A stretch of DNA of 64,000 bases from Camelus ferus (taxonomy: Eukaryota), in the NCBI RefSeq assembly GCF_009834535.1, contig NC_045698.1:10976001-11040000 (forward strand). The letters are read 5' to 3'. A program made the position numbers and the translations under genes. Below, piece by piece: positions 25,341 through 39,075 of this stretch (positions are counted from its first letter, which is position 1; each line of letters opens with the position of its first letter). Under the pieces are notes generated by a model that was not told the DNA's origin, did no database searches, and was given only the letters and a program-made list of their open reading frames with translations.

Positions 25341-26685
25341 AACAATATAACTACCCAAACCAAGAAGTTAGAATTACTACAATAGTACTATCTAATCTAG
25401 GGACCATATTTAAACCTTGCCACCAATTTTCTGTAAGATTATTTTGGTGTGGGAGGGAGCTATATTTGATATCAGATCATGCACTACAGTCTGAAGCATA
25501 AATAGAATTTGCCAAGTATCTAATATCTAAACTCATTCAAATACAGATTTTTAGAAGTCTACCCTAAAATAAATTACTGGGAAAATAATGTTCTAAGCCC
25601 AAATCTTATAACTGTAAAAAGATCTCACTATCTCTATATAGTTAAATACATAACTTGCCCTTTTAATGTGACCCAATTAAACCATGGACCTGGAAACTAA
25701 AAAACTTAATATTGAGTCTATGCATTACTGAGAAGTCAGTTGTTTGGGAATTTTGCCACCCATTATTCACTTCTTGGTAAACATAATTTTAACGTGGTGA
25801 CAGAAATTTTATCAAATCCAGAAAACTATATTTTGAGTAAAATAACCTTTTCTTTTTTAACAGAAAAAGCATTTAGAGAAATCTTTATATCTAATTCAAA
25901 TCTATCTTTCAGGGTTTTTCATTCTTCTTAAAAATTCACTTAACAGAAAGTGTTTCTAGAGTTGGAAACGGTATTAGAAGAGAAAGCCAATAGAAACTTC
26001 AGTAGAGTGGAAAAGTAGGAAATGTCAAATAGAGTTTAGACTTATTGAATCTGTTCACCAAGTCTTCAAAAGAGTTGACAGGCACATAATTTATCTTGAT
26101 ATGGTTAATGTTCTTTTGCCTCCTTGTGGAAAAAACTACCAAATAACCTCCTTGAGGAAAAACTACCAAACAACAAAATAAACCATGGGCTGCTTACCAG
26201 AGACAGTTGAAAGATTTGCACCTGCAAAGTTACACAAACATCTTAGATTAGTCAAGAGCCTTAATCCTTTCTGCAGATTTAGGTCCCCCTATTAGGACAC
26301 TGGCTTAGTAACATTTGACCTGGATGTGTGAATATTTTGCAAGGGGCATGTACTCTATTTTAGGATAAAGCTGTCGGCTGCCCAGTTTTGCAGCTGCCAG
26401 TCTCTATGGAGGGGGAAAAAAAAACACATAGTTTGCTTTGTGGTGCAGGGAGAGTCAGATCATTGATGGCACGTGTAATGATAAAGGTCATACAAATCTC
26501 TTAACAATCCTTATATTTTCATGCCTTCCACTCCCTGAGAACTCTTAAATACATTTTCTTAATTAATTCTTAGAGGACATTTGTGCCTATGGAAACAGAA
26601 TCTCAGAGCTCAGAGCTGCAGGGCATACTTGCTACTCACACTACCCCACCAACCCCTGACACTCCGCCCATTTCCTTCACCCGGC

Positions 26686-27060
26686 TGGTATCTGATTCAG
26701 CTCTGGCTGCTGCAACAAAGTACCATAGACCAGGCGACTTAAACAACAGACATTTACTTCTCACAATTCTGGAGGCTGGAAACCTAAGATTAATGTGCGC
26801 ACTGATTCTGTTCCTGGTGAGGACCTCTTCCTGTCTGTCAGACAAACGCCTTCTTGCTGCATTCACAGGATGGAGAGAAGGGCTCTGGTCTCTCTCCCTC
26901 TTCTTAGAAGGACAGTAATCCCATCACAGATGCTCTGCCTTCATGACCTCACCTAGTCTTAACCACTTCTCAAAGGCCCTATCTCCTAATGCCATTACAG
27001 CGGGGAGTTAGGGCTTCAACGTGTGAATTTCGGGGAGACTCAACCATTCAGTCCTTAACA
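26686..27060 (-). mobile_element. MaLR solo LTR (MLT1A-like)
   Basis: ggctgctgcaacaaagtaccatagac...acttaaacaacagacattta...ctcacaattctggaggctgg...caaccattcagtccttaaca. Confidence 0.85.
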
Positions 27061-28280
27061 ACCAACAACGAATTCCTCCACATGTGACCTCCTTCAGGAA
27101 GCCTTTCCTGACCTTCCGTTTTGATTTGGGAGAGCATATGGATCTCCCTACAATCAGATTGCTTGTAACAATGGATCTAAACAACTAGGAGTTTCCAACC
27201 TTGCTTACCTAGATGGGTCGATGTGATTAATATTCACCAATAGAATGTGGGCAATTGATGTACAGCTTTGTAAATCTGGCCCCAGATCCCTCCTCTTTTT
27301 TCCTCTATCCTAGGTGACTTTGGAGCCCACATGTGGAGAATAGCCTGAGTGACAGAACATTTTGAATACTGCTTTCCATCAAAAGAAAATACATAGAAAA
27401 TCCATTTCTTTTATCAAAAAATTACTTAAATTTTACTACAAATTTACAAGGTAAATTATAGGAACTATCAATGAAGAATTGAAAACAAGTGTTGAAAACA
27501 CGACATTTAAAACAAAACATAGTAGCATGTTAGGTATACATTATCCCCTGAGAAGTGTTTTGTCATTCCAACCTCAACTAGATTATGTGAATTAACAAAC
27601 CAGAAGTAAGCTCATTTTTCACATTTAAAACTTTGTATATTGACGTGTACAGTGTTTATTCAAAGTCCGCATAAAGATGTTTAATATAGGAGTCACAGTT
27701 TTATTTACAGCAGTGCAATCGTAGTTCTATATACTAATCTCTGCATATACTTTCAATAAGCAATGGGTATAATTTTGCAAGCTGTTTGATTTCTTTGGCT
27801 AAATTTATTATAGGTGTATCTACTGAAATGCAATTTTTATGACTGTTAGATCTAGTAGTAAAAGATCAAGACTTGTATGTCTTCTTTTCATTTTATTTTT
27901 TTCCAGTAATTCATTTAAGTCAAAATTTTAAAGTATAAGTCTTTGATAGATTAGGGAAAAAACCAACAAGCCAGCAAAGGGAGTTCTTCCTCACAGACAG
28001 TTTGAGAAGCACTGAGCTGGCTTCAGTCTTGGGGTGCGTGGTGGCTGTGCCTCTTCAGTCTAAAGGGGACCAGTGCCACTTCTGGGTAGGACTGGTGGCT
28101 GGGACTGCATGTAAGCCACAGATCTTGGGCATTCAGCTGTGCATAGTAACAAGATGAAATTTTGTGTTTTCTTCCTGGGAGATGGCAGTGAGTATACTTC
28201 ATATGTGGGAAGAGTGAAGTTATTTGCTGACCAAGAAATGGAGACTTTTTCAAAGAAAGTATTCACATTGTAAGAATTCT

Positions 28281-28382
28281 GTGTATGTTCATGTATGACT
28301 GAAGCATTATGCTGTACACCAGAAATTGACACAGCATTGTAAACTGACTATACTTCAATAAATAAGTATATTTATAAAAAAA
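28281..28382 (+). mobile_element. Short L1 3' end with 9-bp TSD
   Basis: gtatgactgaagcattatgctgtacaccagaaattgacacagcattgtaaactgactatacttcaataaa; TSD aagaattct at 28272-28280 and 28383-28391. Confidence 0.9.
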
Positions 28383-28482
28383 AAGAATTCTATTGTGTTA
28401 GTGGCAGCAGAGATAAAAAGAAAATACAGAGGTACGTGGGCTGAGACTAATAATAGCTAATATTGTTTGAGTTTATTGTAGG

Positions 28483-28660
28483 ACAGGTTCTGTCAAAGCC
28501 ATGCACTATTGACATTGGATGGAGTTGGGGACACTGTTCTGTGCACTGTAGGACATTTAGCAGCATCCTTGATCTCCACCCACTAAATTCCAGTAGCAAA
28601 TGTATCCAGACATGGCCATATGACCCCAGGGGTCATAACTGCCACCATTGAGAATCATTG
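28483..28660 (+). mobile_element. MER20 (hAT-Charlie), inserted in an antisense MIR (~28450-28800)
   Basis: gcactattgacatt...ctgtgcactgtaggacatttagcagcatcc...cacccacta...ccagtagca...ttgagaatcattg. Confidence 0.8.
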
Positions 28661-30089
28661 GTCTGAGTGCTTCGCAGCATTATTTACCGAGTAGTTACCA
28701 TTATTATCTTCATTGTATAGATGAGGACAATGCGGTGTAGGCTGGTCAGTGAAGTGGCCCAAAGTCAAGAAGCTAAGAAGTGGCAGAGCTGGAACTTGAA
28801 ACATTGATGGTTTCACTGGGATAGTTCACTGGGACTAAGACAATCTGGTCCAGTCTGCCTGAACTTTACCCAGCTTCTATAGCTGAAAGGTGCTGGTGGC
28901 TTTAGACCTTTGAATGACACCATTGCTTTAAAGGAAGAACATTGTAGCTGTAGCCTCTTTGTGACCCACTTCAAAGTTTTAAAAGAAATGTCAGGGGTTC
29001 GGTAATGGAACTTAACATTTCCCTTAGCTGCTTGCTACTCCTCTGTCTCTCTCTCTCTCTTTCTTTTTTTCTCTCAGTAAAATGACATATGTAATGACCT
29101 AGTTGCCAAATTCAGAAATTTTCCTTCTCTTCCTAAAACCTACAACCTATTATCAACTTGTGTACTATCAAGCTCATAAACTCAATTTGAAAATAATTTG
29201 AAGTAGTAATCTGTCTTTTTGTTCATAAGACTATCTTGAGAATATTTCCATAGATCAATTAAAAATATTCATTTTCAAAATGAATTTTAATGGCAGCCTT
29301 GTATCCCACCTTTGGGATGTACTCTATTTATTTAACTAATCCCTATCTCTGGGCACTGAAAGGTTTTTTTGCCCTGCTGTTTTGTGCACCATAACAATTT
29401 TCTATTTTACTTTTCTGCCACAGAGCCTCAGTCAGCACCACTATCCAAGGCTTAAATGGAATCTCGTTTGACATAATATCTTACCAGGGGAACCACTGCA
29501 CAGTTTCCTTGGAGACACAGAGAAAATTTAAGCCCAAGAGTACATGATTAATTCTGAGTCTAGAAAAATCATTTTGGATATAGATTTGAGGCTGAAATGG
29601 ACAGAAATGAAACTGGATTCATGGAGAAGAGTTAGAAAGCAACTGAGACCTGATAAGGTTCTGAGATAAGGAAGCGGCAGTGGGAAAAGGCTTAAGAGAT
29701 ATTAAGGAGTAGGATTTACAGGGTCTAGGGCTTGATTAGATTACAGGGTTAGGGAGAGGGAAAAGTTTAAGATTAACTTCTGGATCTACACTTGCTTATC
29801 ATCCCGATTTTAAAAATTAACTGTGGAGGGATAAATTGAACTTCAGTTGATTGACAGGAGAAGAAGAAAAATAATCTGAGAACTGTTTTGTCTCCTTGAA
29901 ATTTAAACCATTTTAATTCCTCTTGGGATCAATTCTGTTATTCATTATAATCTGAAACATTACACTTCTTTAAATCTCTGAATGATGAAAATGGAACTGG
30001 TTTCCCCTCTCCCATTTTGTCTTCTATTTTAAAAATATGTCTCACTCTTGCACATATGTATTTATCTGGATAGAATAAAAAATTCTTTT

Positions 30090-30410
30090 TTAGAACATAA
30101 ATACAAAACAGAAACAGACTCATAGACGTAGAATACAAACTTGTGGTTGCCAAGGGGGAGGGGGATGGGAAGGCATAGACTGGGAGTTCAAAATTTGTAG
30201 ATACTGACAGGCCTATGTAGACTAGATAAAAAAGATTATATTGTATACCACAGGGAAATATATACAAGATCTTGTGGTAGCTCACAGAGAAAAAAAAATG
30301 TGACAATGAATATATGTATGTTCATGTATAACTGAAAAATTGTGCTCTACACTGGAATTTGACACAACATTGTAAAATGACTATAACTTAAAAAATGTTA
30401 AAAACTTATT
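30090..30410 (+). mobile_element. Young L1 3' end (camelid-like)
   Basis: aaacagactcatagacgtagaatacaaacttgtggttgccaaggggg...tgtgctctacactggaatttgacacaacattgtaaaatgactataac. Confidence 0.9.
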
Positions 30411-30429
30411 TTTAAAAAATTAATATATT

Positions 30430-31580
30430 CAAATTTTTTATTTATTTTATTTTTTATTGAATGAAATAGTCTTTAAATTCTGTAATGCTTTATAGTTTTC
30501 AAAAGGTTCACACACATGATTTTATATAATTCCATAATAACCCTTCTTCCCCCCACTTCTATAGTGCCCCTCCTCCCTTCCCTCTCCCCACTGGTAACTA
30601 CTAATTCATTCTCTGTATCTATAAATCTGTTACTTTGTTGTTGTATTCACTAGTTTGTTGTATTTTTTAGATCTCACATATAAGTGATATTATACAGTAT
30701 TTGTCTTTCTCTGTCTGACTTATTTCACTTAGCATAATGCCCTTCAAGTCCATCCATGTTGCTGCAAATGGCAAAATTTCATTCTTCTTTATGGCTGAGT
30801 AATATTCCATTGTGTGTGTGTATGTGTGTGTCTGTGTATCACATCATTTTTTTATCCATTCATCTGTTGATGGACACTTAAATTGCATCTATATCTTGGC
30901 TATTATAAATAATGCTGCAATGAACATTGGTGTGCCTATTTTCTTTTCAAGTCAGTGTTTTTGTTTAATTTGGGTAAAGACCTATAAGTGAAATTGCTGT
31001 ATTATATGGCAATTTTATTTTTAATTTTTGGAGGAATCTCTGTACTGTTTTTCATAGCGGTTGCCCTAATTTACAATCCCACTAATAGTGCAACAGGGTT
31101 CCCTTTTCTCCACATCCTTTCCAACACTTGTTATTTGTAGTCTTTTTGAAGATAGCCATTCTAACAGGTATGGGGTGGTATCTCAGTATGGATTTTATTT
31201 GTGCTTTCCTGATGAGTGCTTCTGAGCATCTTTTGATGTCTGTTGGCCACCTGTATGTCTTTTTTTTGGAAAAATGTCTATTCATGTCTTCTGCTCATTT
31301 TTAAATTCCATTGGTTTTTTTAATGTTAATATTTATGAGTTCTTTATATATTTTTGATATTAACCCCTTTTGGTCATATCATTTGCAGATATCTTCTCCC
31401 ACTCAGTAGGTTGCCTTTTTGTTTTGTTGATGATTTTCATTGTGCAAAACTTTTCATTTCGATCAGGTTCCATTTGTTCATTTTTGCTTTGTTTCCCTTC
31501 CTTGAGGGACAGATCCAAAAAAAAATATATTGCTAAGACTAATGTCAGAGAGCCCACTGCCTATGTTTTCTTCTGACCTT
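30430..31580 (-). mobile_element. L1 3' ~1.1 kb (ORF2 C-terminus and 3'UTR)
   Basis: Minus-strand translations match L1 ORF2 C-terminal motifs (MNRHFSK..., RYH..PVRMA..K...[26 protein letters not shown]); T-rich tail at ~30430-30457. Confidence 0.92.
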
Positions 31581-32649
31581 TATGTTAAAATGAGGAGTTT
31601 TGTCTGCCAGTTCTTAGCGTTGCATTCGTTTCTCTAAGAGTGTATTCCCTTTCTAACTTACTGATGACATATATTTTAGACATTATAGTAGATCCTGGGA
31701 CAAAGCAATCAGAGAGTTACATTTCTATCTCTGTGCCACTTGATCTGGCAATTCCCACTGACAGATGTATTTTACATATACATTCTATTCCAATGTCATT
31801 GGAGGAAAAATACAACATTTGTGAAAGAAAGTAATAAGGGATAACTTATACATCAATAAGTAGCGCTTCCTCCACTCAAAATGTCACCCTCAGAAAACAA
31901 TAAATGTCTTTTTTATTTTGTTGCCTCTTTCTTAAAGAAAAAAAAAATCCATTACACCGATAGTTTCCCTAATCAACATTTGGAGCATGTATCTAGAGAT
32001 TATAAGCTTAAAATAGGAAAAGGGAATAATTAAATAGCTGACTGTAAAAGTTTATTATGCAATTAGTTACATGCACACTCATTTTTCATTCTAGACTGTT
32101 ATAATTAGAAAAACTTTAAACGCAAGAAAAAAGAACAAAATTATAAAACATGTAGATCTGTTTACAACTCTATGATGATTAATTTAGATGATCAGATGAG
32201 TAATAAAATGGAAAGTTTCCAATAAAGCAAACCATTTAACATCAATTAAAGCCTTCTTTATAGAGGCAAAAAATACAAAATTTTACTTATCAATCTTGTT
32301 TTCAATAACATAGCCTGAAGATATCATGTGACCTGCCCATTTAACTCTTGAATGAACTCCTCAAGAGATTTAAATTGGAATAAATATCACATCTAATTAG
32401 AATTATCAAAGTTAATGCCTCCTTAATTTCTGTCTTTAAAACTAACATAAATCATGTTTTCATGATCCATATAGTATTATTTTTCTAAGGCAAAGCATTC
32501 AAAATGAATGATTTTACTTTAGTCCAGATTGTACATAAACCACTCACAAATTATAGTCCGGATATCACAAATCTATATTTATGAATAAAATAAGATACTG
32601 CAAGGCAGATGGCCTAAGTTTAGCTGCATTGTTATAGATATGATATTTA

Positions 32650-33310
32650 ATCCTACTCTACCTGTAGTTTTCTTCTTTGTATATCAGTTTTTCTGCCTGT
32701 ACCATATAGCTTATTTATTTACTTTTATAGTACAACAATCATAGAATTTTATTGGGAGGTTTAAAATAAGTGGAATATAAATGCATGGCAACAATAATGC
32801 AAAATGTAGAGTGTATCAATGGAGTTGAATTTTCCTGGATTTTAGCATTATAAGGAAAGTTTAAAAAAAGGAACAGAGTGCATTGTAGTCAATATTTCAA
32901 AATGCATGATGTAAAATGGAAGGCAATCGTTAGTACATAGTATATGTGAAAGTTAGAACAATACAAAATGTATATTGAGACATTCTTAAAAACTTAAAAG
33001 GCAAGGCATTTTTTAAACAGGGCACAAAAAGTGCTGACCATTAAGGGGAAAAATAATAACTTGAACTATACTGATAATTAAAAATTTATTTATAGAGTGA
33101 AAAGGTAAGCTATAGAGTCAGAAAAATATTTTTCATATATATGTATATATTAGACTATAACCAAAATGTATAAAGAATCTTATTTCTGCCTGTATCATTT
33201 AAATAAAGTTATTCCTATCTCTAAAATTGTGGTTTTTATTAACAGACAAAACATACTATACACAGAAATCCATTTGATATAAAACATTCATATAAATGAA
33301 AAATCATATC
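32650..33310 (+). mobile_element. Very old L1 fragments (L1ME-like)
   Basis: A-rich patches such as ggcaaggcatttttaaacagggcacaaaaagtgctgaccatt...ttgaactata...aattaaaaatt. Confidence 0.5.
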
Positions 33311-33548
33311 ATATTATTCAATAATAATAGCTGACATTTGTTTCAAATTCTTTACATGCATATCAAATCTTCTCAATAAAATTATGAACATTCAACATAA
33401 TTAACTCTAATTATAGGGGAGGGAATGAAAGTTTAAGGCTTATGCATACTGATCAAATTCACTCATCTAGAATTATAGAATTGAAGGTTTGAGATGTTCT
33501 GAAAAGAAGCCCAATTTTTGAGACCTTATTTTCTTTTCACTGGCATTA

Positions 33549-33969
33549 TGTCAGACACTCTGTGTTGAGACTCAGTACCCTCCCTGCGTTCTAAGCACCT
33601 TTCCGTATTGCAAGGGTAGAAAGCCCAGTCTTCCTTGTCAGCAGGGTTCCATTTCGACTCTGCCATTTAGAGGTTCTTAGTGAGATTTGGGAGTTGGGAG
33701 ATAAGGAGTGTCTACGTTCCAATGACAGATGTCGAAAGAACATTGCAAACGGCTTCTTGGTGACCTCTAAGAATCGCCTAATGCCATGCTGCCGACACCT
33801 GAGCTCATGAAATGCCTGCTTTCTGGGATCCCAGCACTCTGATCTCCTCTTGCTTATAGCAGCTTCCCTGATTTTCACTCCTCCAGCCTTTCCGATGACT
33901 GTGTAAGCCTCTAATGCCTACACATATCAACAGTGGTTTCCAATTTCCTGACTGAAGCTCTTGGACACA
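33549..33969 (+). mobile_element. 5' LTR of ERV-L provirus (LTR33/LTR41/LTR50-like group)
   Basis: TG...CA ends; typical 3' end ggtttccaatttcctgactgaagctcttggacaca, followed directly by the ERVL leader gaatttgatacca. Confidence 0.7.
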
Positions 33970-36900
33970 GAATTTGATACCAAAGTTTGATGCAGACACG
34001 GAACCTCATACATGGGAATCTGGAACTAGTTATCTGACTGGGTTAGATTTGAAGGCAGTGATGATCTCATTGCCAATGAAAACTGGGCTGTTGGTAGTTC
34101 ACAGCATACAGAGACAAAAAAATTTGCTTAAAGTAACATCTGAAGACACTTGTAACTGCATGACTATTGAAAGGAAGGATGTCAGAAGACCAAGTGTCTC
34201 TTCCAATACAATGTTATAGTGGAAATGATAGTTATACAGACTTTGGGATGATTTGATTACTTCTTATTGCAATGGAGAGCTTTGAGTTAGATAATGATAA
34301 GTTTATGGTTCAGAGAAGCAGAAAGCTTCAGTAACTTTCCTGAAGACGTTTCTTAGCTCTTACAGTCATAGGATCAAGGTGTCCAAAAACCAGACTCAAG
34401 ATTTGATCCTATGGGTCATAGAACTTAAAACAATTGATTTCACAGTTTCATCAGGTCTCAGGGGGAAATTAGGGATTAGGTAAGAGTGGAATTCTGAGAA
34501 CTGGAATGGTAATTTTGTATGGATTCTAATGACTGAGTATTTTGATCCCCTGTTATCACTGAGCCTCCCTCTCTAAAAACAGTGGCTACTCCTGAGCTGC
34601 TTCCTCACTCATTCTTCCCCTTGCTTGGTGATCCTACAATGACTTCCTCTCAAACGACTGTGCACAAAGAGATGTACTTCTCCTCACAGCCCACTCCCAA
34701 TGTCTGTCCTTGTCCCCAGCCCATAATTAGAGCCCAATGGCAAGGATTTGAATACAAATTCAGACCCAACAAGAGATAGAATACTCACCAAAAGAATTAT
34801 AAGATCTTCACTAATTTGTATTAAGGGAAATTCAGGGAATATGTATGAAGAATGGATTCAAAGCAATTAAGATCAGGGAATAATAAACATAACATTGAAA
34901 TAGGTCAGATTTATTGATATCCTTGCACACACAAGAGTTTCTGGGTTTAATACGTGGTTCAGATAGCTGGGGATGACTCTTACAGTTTCATTGATTGGTT
35001 ATTTGAAAGCTAGACTCAGAGTTGTCCTACACTAAATGAAGCTGAGATATCAGAACTTCCTCGACATAATGAAGAGAAAGGAATCAAAAGACTCGAGACA
35101 GGGATGATGGAATGAAATTTTCATGAGCAATCGATTCATTAGCTCCCCTACCATGTGTCCCATGAGGATCCGGATAATAATTGTCTCCTCAAGACTGTGA
35201 AAAAAATGTATGAATGAGAAGAACAAAACATCTTTGAGGTTTTTTAGTGACTGCTTTCTACAAGTCAGGGATGGTGGTGGGAGATACTACCAAGGAAATG
35301 GCACCATACTTAAAAAAGAATAAGGACATCCCAGGTAGCAGAAGCTACTGGCTACACTCAAGCATTAGAACCGAAATAGGCTGCAAAGTTGGGGTGGTAA
35401 CTAGAATGATTTGATTTGCAAAATTTTTGGCAGTAGCTAATTGATGATGGTGACTGTGAGGCTGAAAAACAAAAAGGGAAATCTGCTAAAGTATTACTTA
35501 AAATATGCAATCCAATGAAGGCTAAGTCTTGATTCAACACAATAGAAAGTGGTGCCTCACCCCCTACCTCCACTCAATTCTCAAACCTGAATCAATTCAA
35601 GGACCAGGAGTATCTTGATTAAAGGAAAGCCATGTTCTCTAGAGAGAAGACCCTGCGATACTGCCACAGACATTTGTGGTAAATCTGCATTCTAGCCTTC
35701 CTCATAAGACATTTGACTTTTTAACATAGTGATTGTGCACTGGAAAAAATGGAATTATCTGGACATTTGGAGATTTATTGAACAGCTGCCCTGAGATGAA
35801 ATGGGAAACTGAAATTCAACTCATTCCACCAATCAGAGAGGAGACTTATGGAGGTCCCAGCAGAACTGCAAAACCACAAAGGTCATTTTTCCTGTTCCTG
35901 AATATATACTTGATTTAGACACAGTTAGCAACTGACAGAATTCCCTCATGGAAACAGTGGAGGAAAGTGACAATTGGAAGCATTACAACCACTATCAAAA
36001 ATTGGGCAAAAGTCAACAACACTCCCCTGGGAAGATGGCAGAGATTAATATCACCATCAAAACACTGAAGGATGCTGGGGAGTTTAGTCTTACTACTTCC
36101 CTCATTTTATTTCCCTCATTAGCCTATGGAAAAGATAGATCTTGGACAGTAAATGGATTACTATAAATGGAAGCTGATATTCATTCTAACCATAGCAACT
36201 TCTGGAACCTGATATTCAACTACTGATCTAGAAATGTCTTTTTATGTATACTAACTCATAAAAGAAAATTAGAGGCAATTTGCTTTCACCTTATAGGAAC
36301 AGTAGTACATTTTAACTGATCTGTCTCAGAGTTATGTCAATTTTCTGGTTATCTGTCATAATCCAATGCACAAAATCATTGTGTCATGGTCCCATGAAAC
36401 ATTAAGGTTGTCCACTCTGTTGATGATAAAATCTGATGAGCAGGATGTAGACAATACCCTCGATGCCTTGCTGAGACACATACATGACAGATGGTGAGGC
36501 ATAACTCCATTAAAATTCAGTGACCTGCCACCTCATTGAGTTTTTTAGTGGCATAGTGGTTTGGTCTGGTTGAGATATCACATTTAATGTGAAAGACAAG
36601 TTGCTGAACCTTTTGCTCTATATCCCTAAGAAAGAAAGAAAATGCTTGTGAGTTACTTTAGATTTTGGAGGCAATCTATGCTGTATTTGATGGCTCTTCT
36701 CTGATGCATTTACTAAGCACTCCTCAAGGATGCCAGCTTGTCCGGCCACTCTGCCTACTGCAGCTTAGGACCCATAGATCCAGTGGAGCTTAAGTATGAT
36801 GTGAAAAGGAACGCAATATGGAGTGACTGGCATACTCCCATGAGAGATTCACTGTGAAGACCTCTAGGATTTTAGAGCAAAGTCATACCCTCTTTTGCAC

Positions 36901-39075
36901 AGAACTTTCTCTTTCAGAAACAACTCTTGTTTTGCTACTGGCGCCTTGTAGGGATTAAGTGCCTGATCACAGGAGCACTTCATGATCACATGACTATGAA
37001 ATGCTATATCTTGATATATTACCAAACGCACAGAATGATGGCCAGTAGGGAAGCACTCTTCTTCAACTGGGAGTGGCATACATTTAAGAACAGCCCTAAG
37101 TAGGTTCTGTAGGCTAAAAGATTTAATGTGCTGATAACTCAGATACTCACGAAACCATCCCTAATGTGTTGCTGCCTCTTCCTCAAATCACACTGTATCC
37201 TCATGGGGAGTCTTCTCTAAGCAGTTGACTGAGGAATACAATCATTGCTCTTGGTTTAAGTTGGTTCCACAAGACATGTAGGCACTGGTCAGATTTGGAC
37301 TGTTGCAGCTTCATAGCTCCGTCAGGGGATGCCCTGAAGAGTAGAAGGGAAGAGAAATATTCTCAATGGAAAGAACTCTAAGCATCTTACTTTTCATTGT
37401 GCCCAAGAGGAGAGTGGCCAGAGATAAAGATCTATACTAATTCACAGGTAATATCTAATAACTTGGCCAGTTGGTCAAGGCTTTAGAATAAATTATTCTA
37501 GTGGATAGGTGACAACGACGTATAAGAATGGAGCTCTCATAATGCACAGAAAGTATGAAAATATTTGTTTTCCATGAGAATGCTAATCAAAAATTACTCA
37601 CTATGGGTGCCGGTCAGGATCTTTGCTCAGCCACCTCAGTACTTGCTCTATGGGCTCATGAGCTAAACAGTCATGGCAATAAGATTGAGGTTATGACTGG
37701 GATCAAAAACATGAGCTTCCTGTATCCAAGGAAGATCTGGCCATGATCGTTACTGAGTGTCCACTCTGCCTACAGCGGAGATCAACACTGGACCTCTGAT
37801 ATTGTACCATTTTCCAAAACAGCTCCCATCTGATGCCAGGTTGATTACACTGGAACTCTTTTATCATGGAGTAGGTAGCGATGTGTCCTCACTGGAATAG
37901 ATATTGCCTCTTGCTATAGGTTAGCTTCCTTGCTGTCAGTGCATCTGCTTATACTATTGTCTAGAGATTTAATGATGACTATCATAATGATAATGAATTC
38001 ATGACCCAGGACCAAGGAATTAATTTCACAATAATAGAAGCCAGCTAAGAAAATTGAATAGCTTATGGAAGACTCAGTTTTATGCTGCCTGGGAGGCAAT
38101 ACCTTGCAGAAGTTAAACCAAATTCCTATACCTGTAAACGTGGTATGTTTCTCTTTCTCCTTTAGTAGGAAACCACTGGTATGAGAAACAGGGAGTGGGA
38201 ATGAGCGTGATTCTTCTCAATCTTTTCATTTAGTAAACTTCCATCAAAAGTTATGCCTCTTGTCCCCATAACTCGGGCTCTGTAGATTCTGAGATATTTA
38301 TTCCCAAGGAAGGAGAGTTTCAACCAAGGAGCATATTCAACTTGAAGTTCAGATCGCAACCTCGCTATGTTGGACTTCCAATGTCATTGACATAACAACA
38401 AAAAAAGGGAAATACTGTACTAACTAGGATGACTAATCCTGATTATCAAGGGGAAATAGAACCGATGCTATAAAAGGGGATGGAAAAATGTGCACAAAAT
38501 GCAGGGGACTATCCAAGTGTGCTTTTTAATACTTCCAATATTGTTCATGGAAAATCACAGCTACCCAACTAATGGCTTAGATCACTGAGGAATGACGTTT
38601 AGGATTATTCTGCCTCACAAAAGCCCACGTCCACCTCAATGCTGACTATTGACGAAGTGAATATGAAACAGGTAATAGAAAAAGTAGGTTCTGAACCAAT
38701 TATAGCCATATGATCAGTCACACAAAGGACCATAGTAACTGTTCCTGTGTTCTTTCTTGCTATACTACGTATATATTATATTAGCCAAATTAGTTTTCTC
38801 CTTCATCTTCTCCTACTAACTTATATAAGGTATGTTGGTGCTGGTTACACTTCTAGCTCAGTCTGCAAATTATAAGATATGAAGTAGGGATTGAGACTGA
38901 GCTAAAAAAGAATGAATATCTAGAGATGGATACAGCGACATTTGGATTTTCATGCCTTGCCTTTTGAAGGAGAGAGTTGATACATCTTTAGACTGAGGGA
39001 TAGTTGCAACAAGTCAGTCAAAAGCAAAATACTGTTGCTCTTTGGAAATTTAAACATAGATATATGGAGAGCCAA
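33970..39075 (+). mobile_element. ERV-L internal region, disabled gag-pol-dUTPase, no env
   Basis: RT N-terminal remnant (SPGKMAEINITIKTLKDAG, compare HERV-L IPGGIAEISATIKDLKDAG) near 36020-36080; integrase QVDYTG near 37837; dUTPase-like PDYQGEI near 38436; many stops and frameshifts. Confidence 0.88.

Noticed and set aside
33970..39075. Domesticated ERV-L gag or pol gene (Fv1-like)
   Set aside because: There is no long ORF; stops and frameshifts occur throughout.
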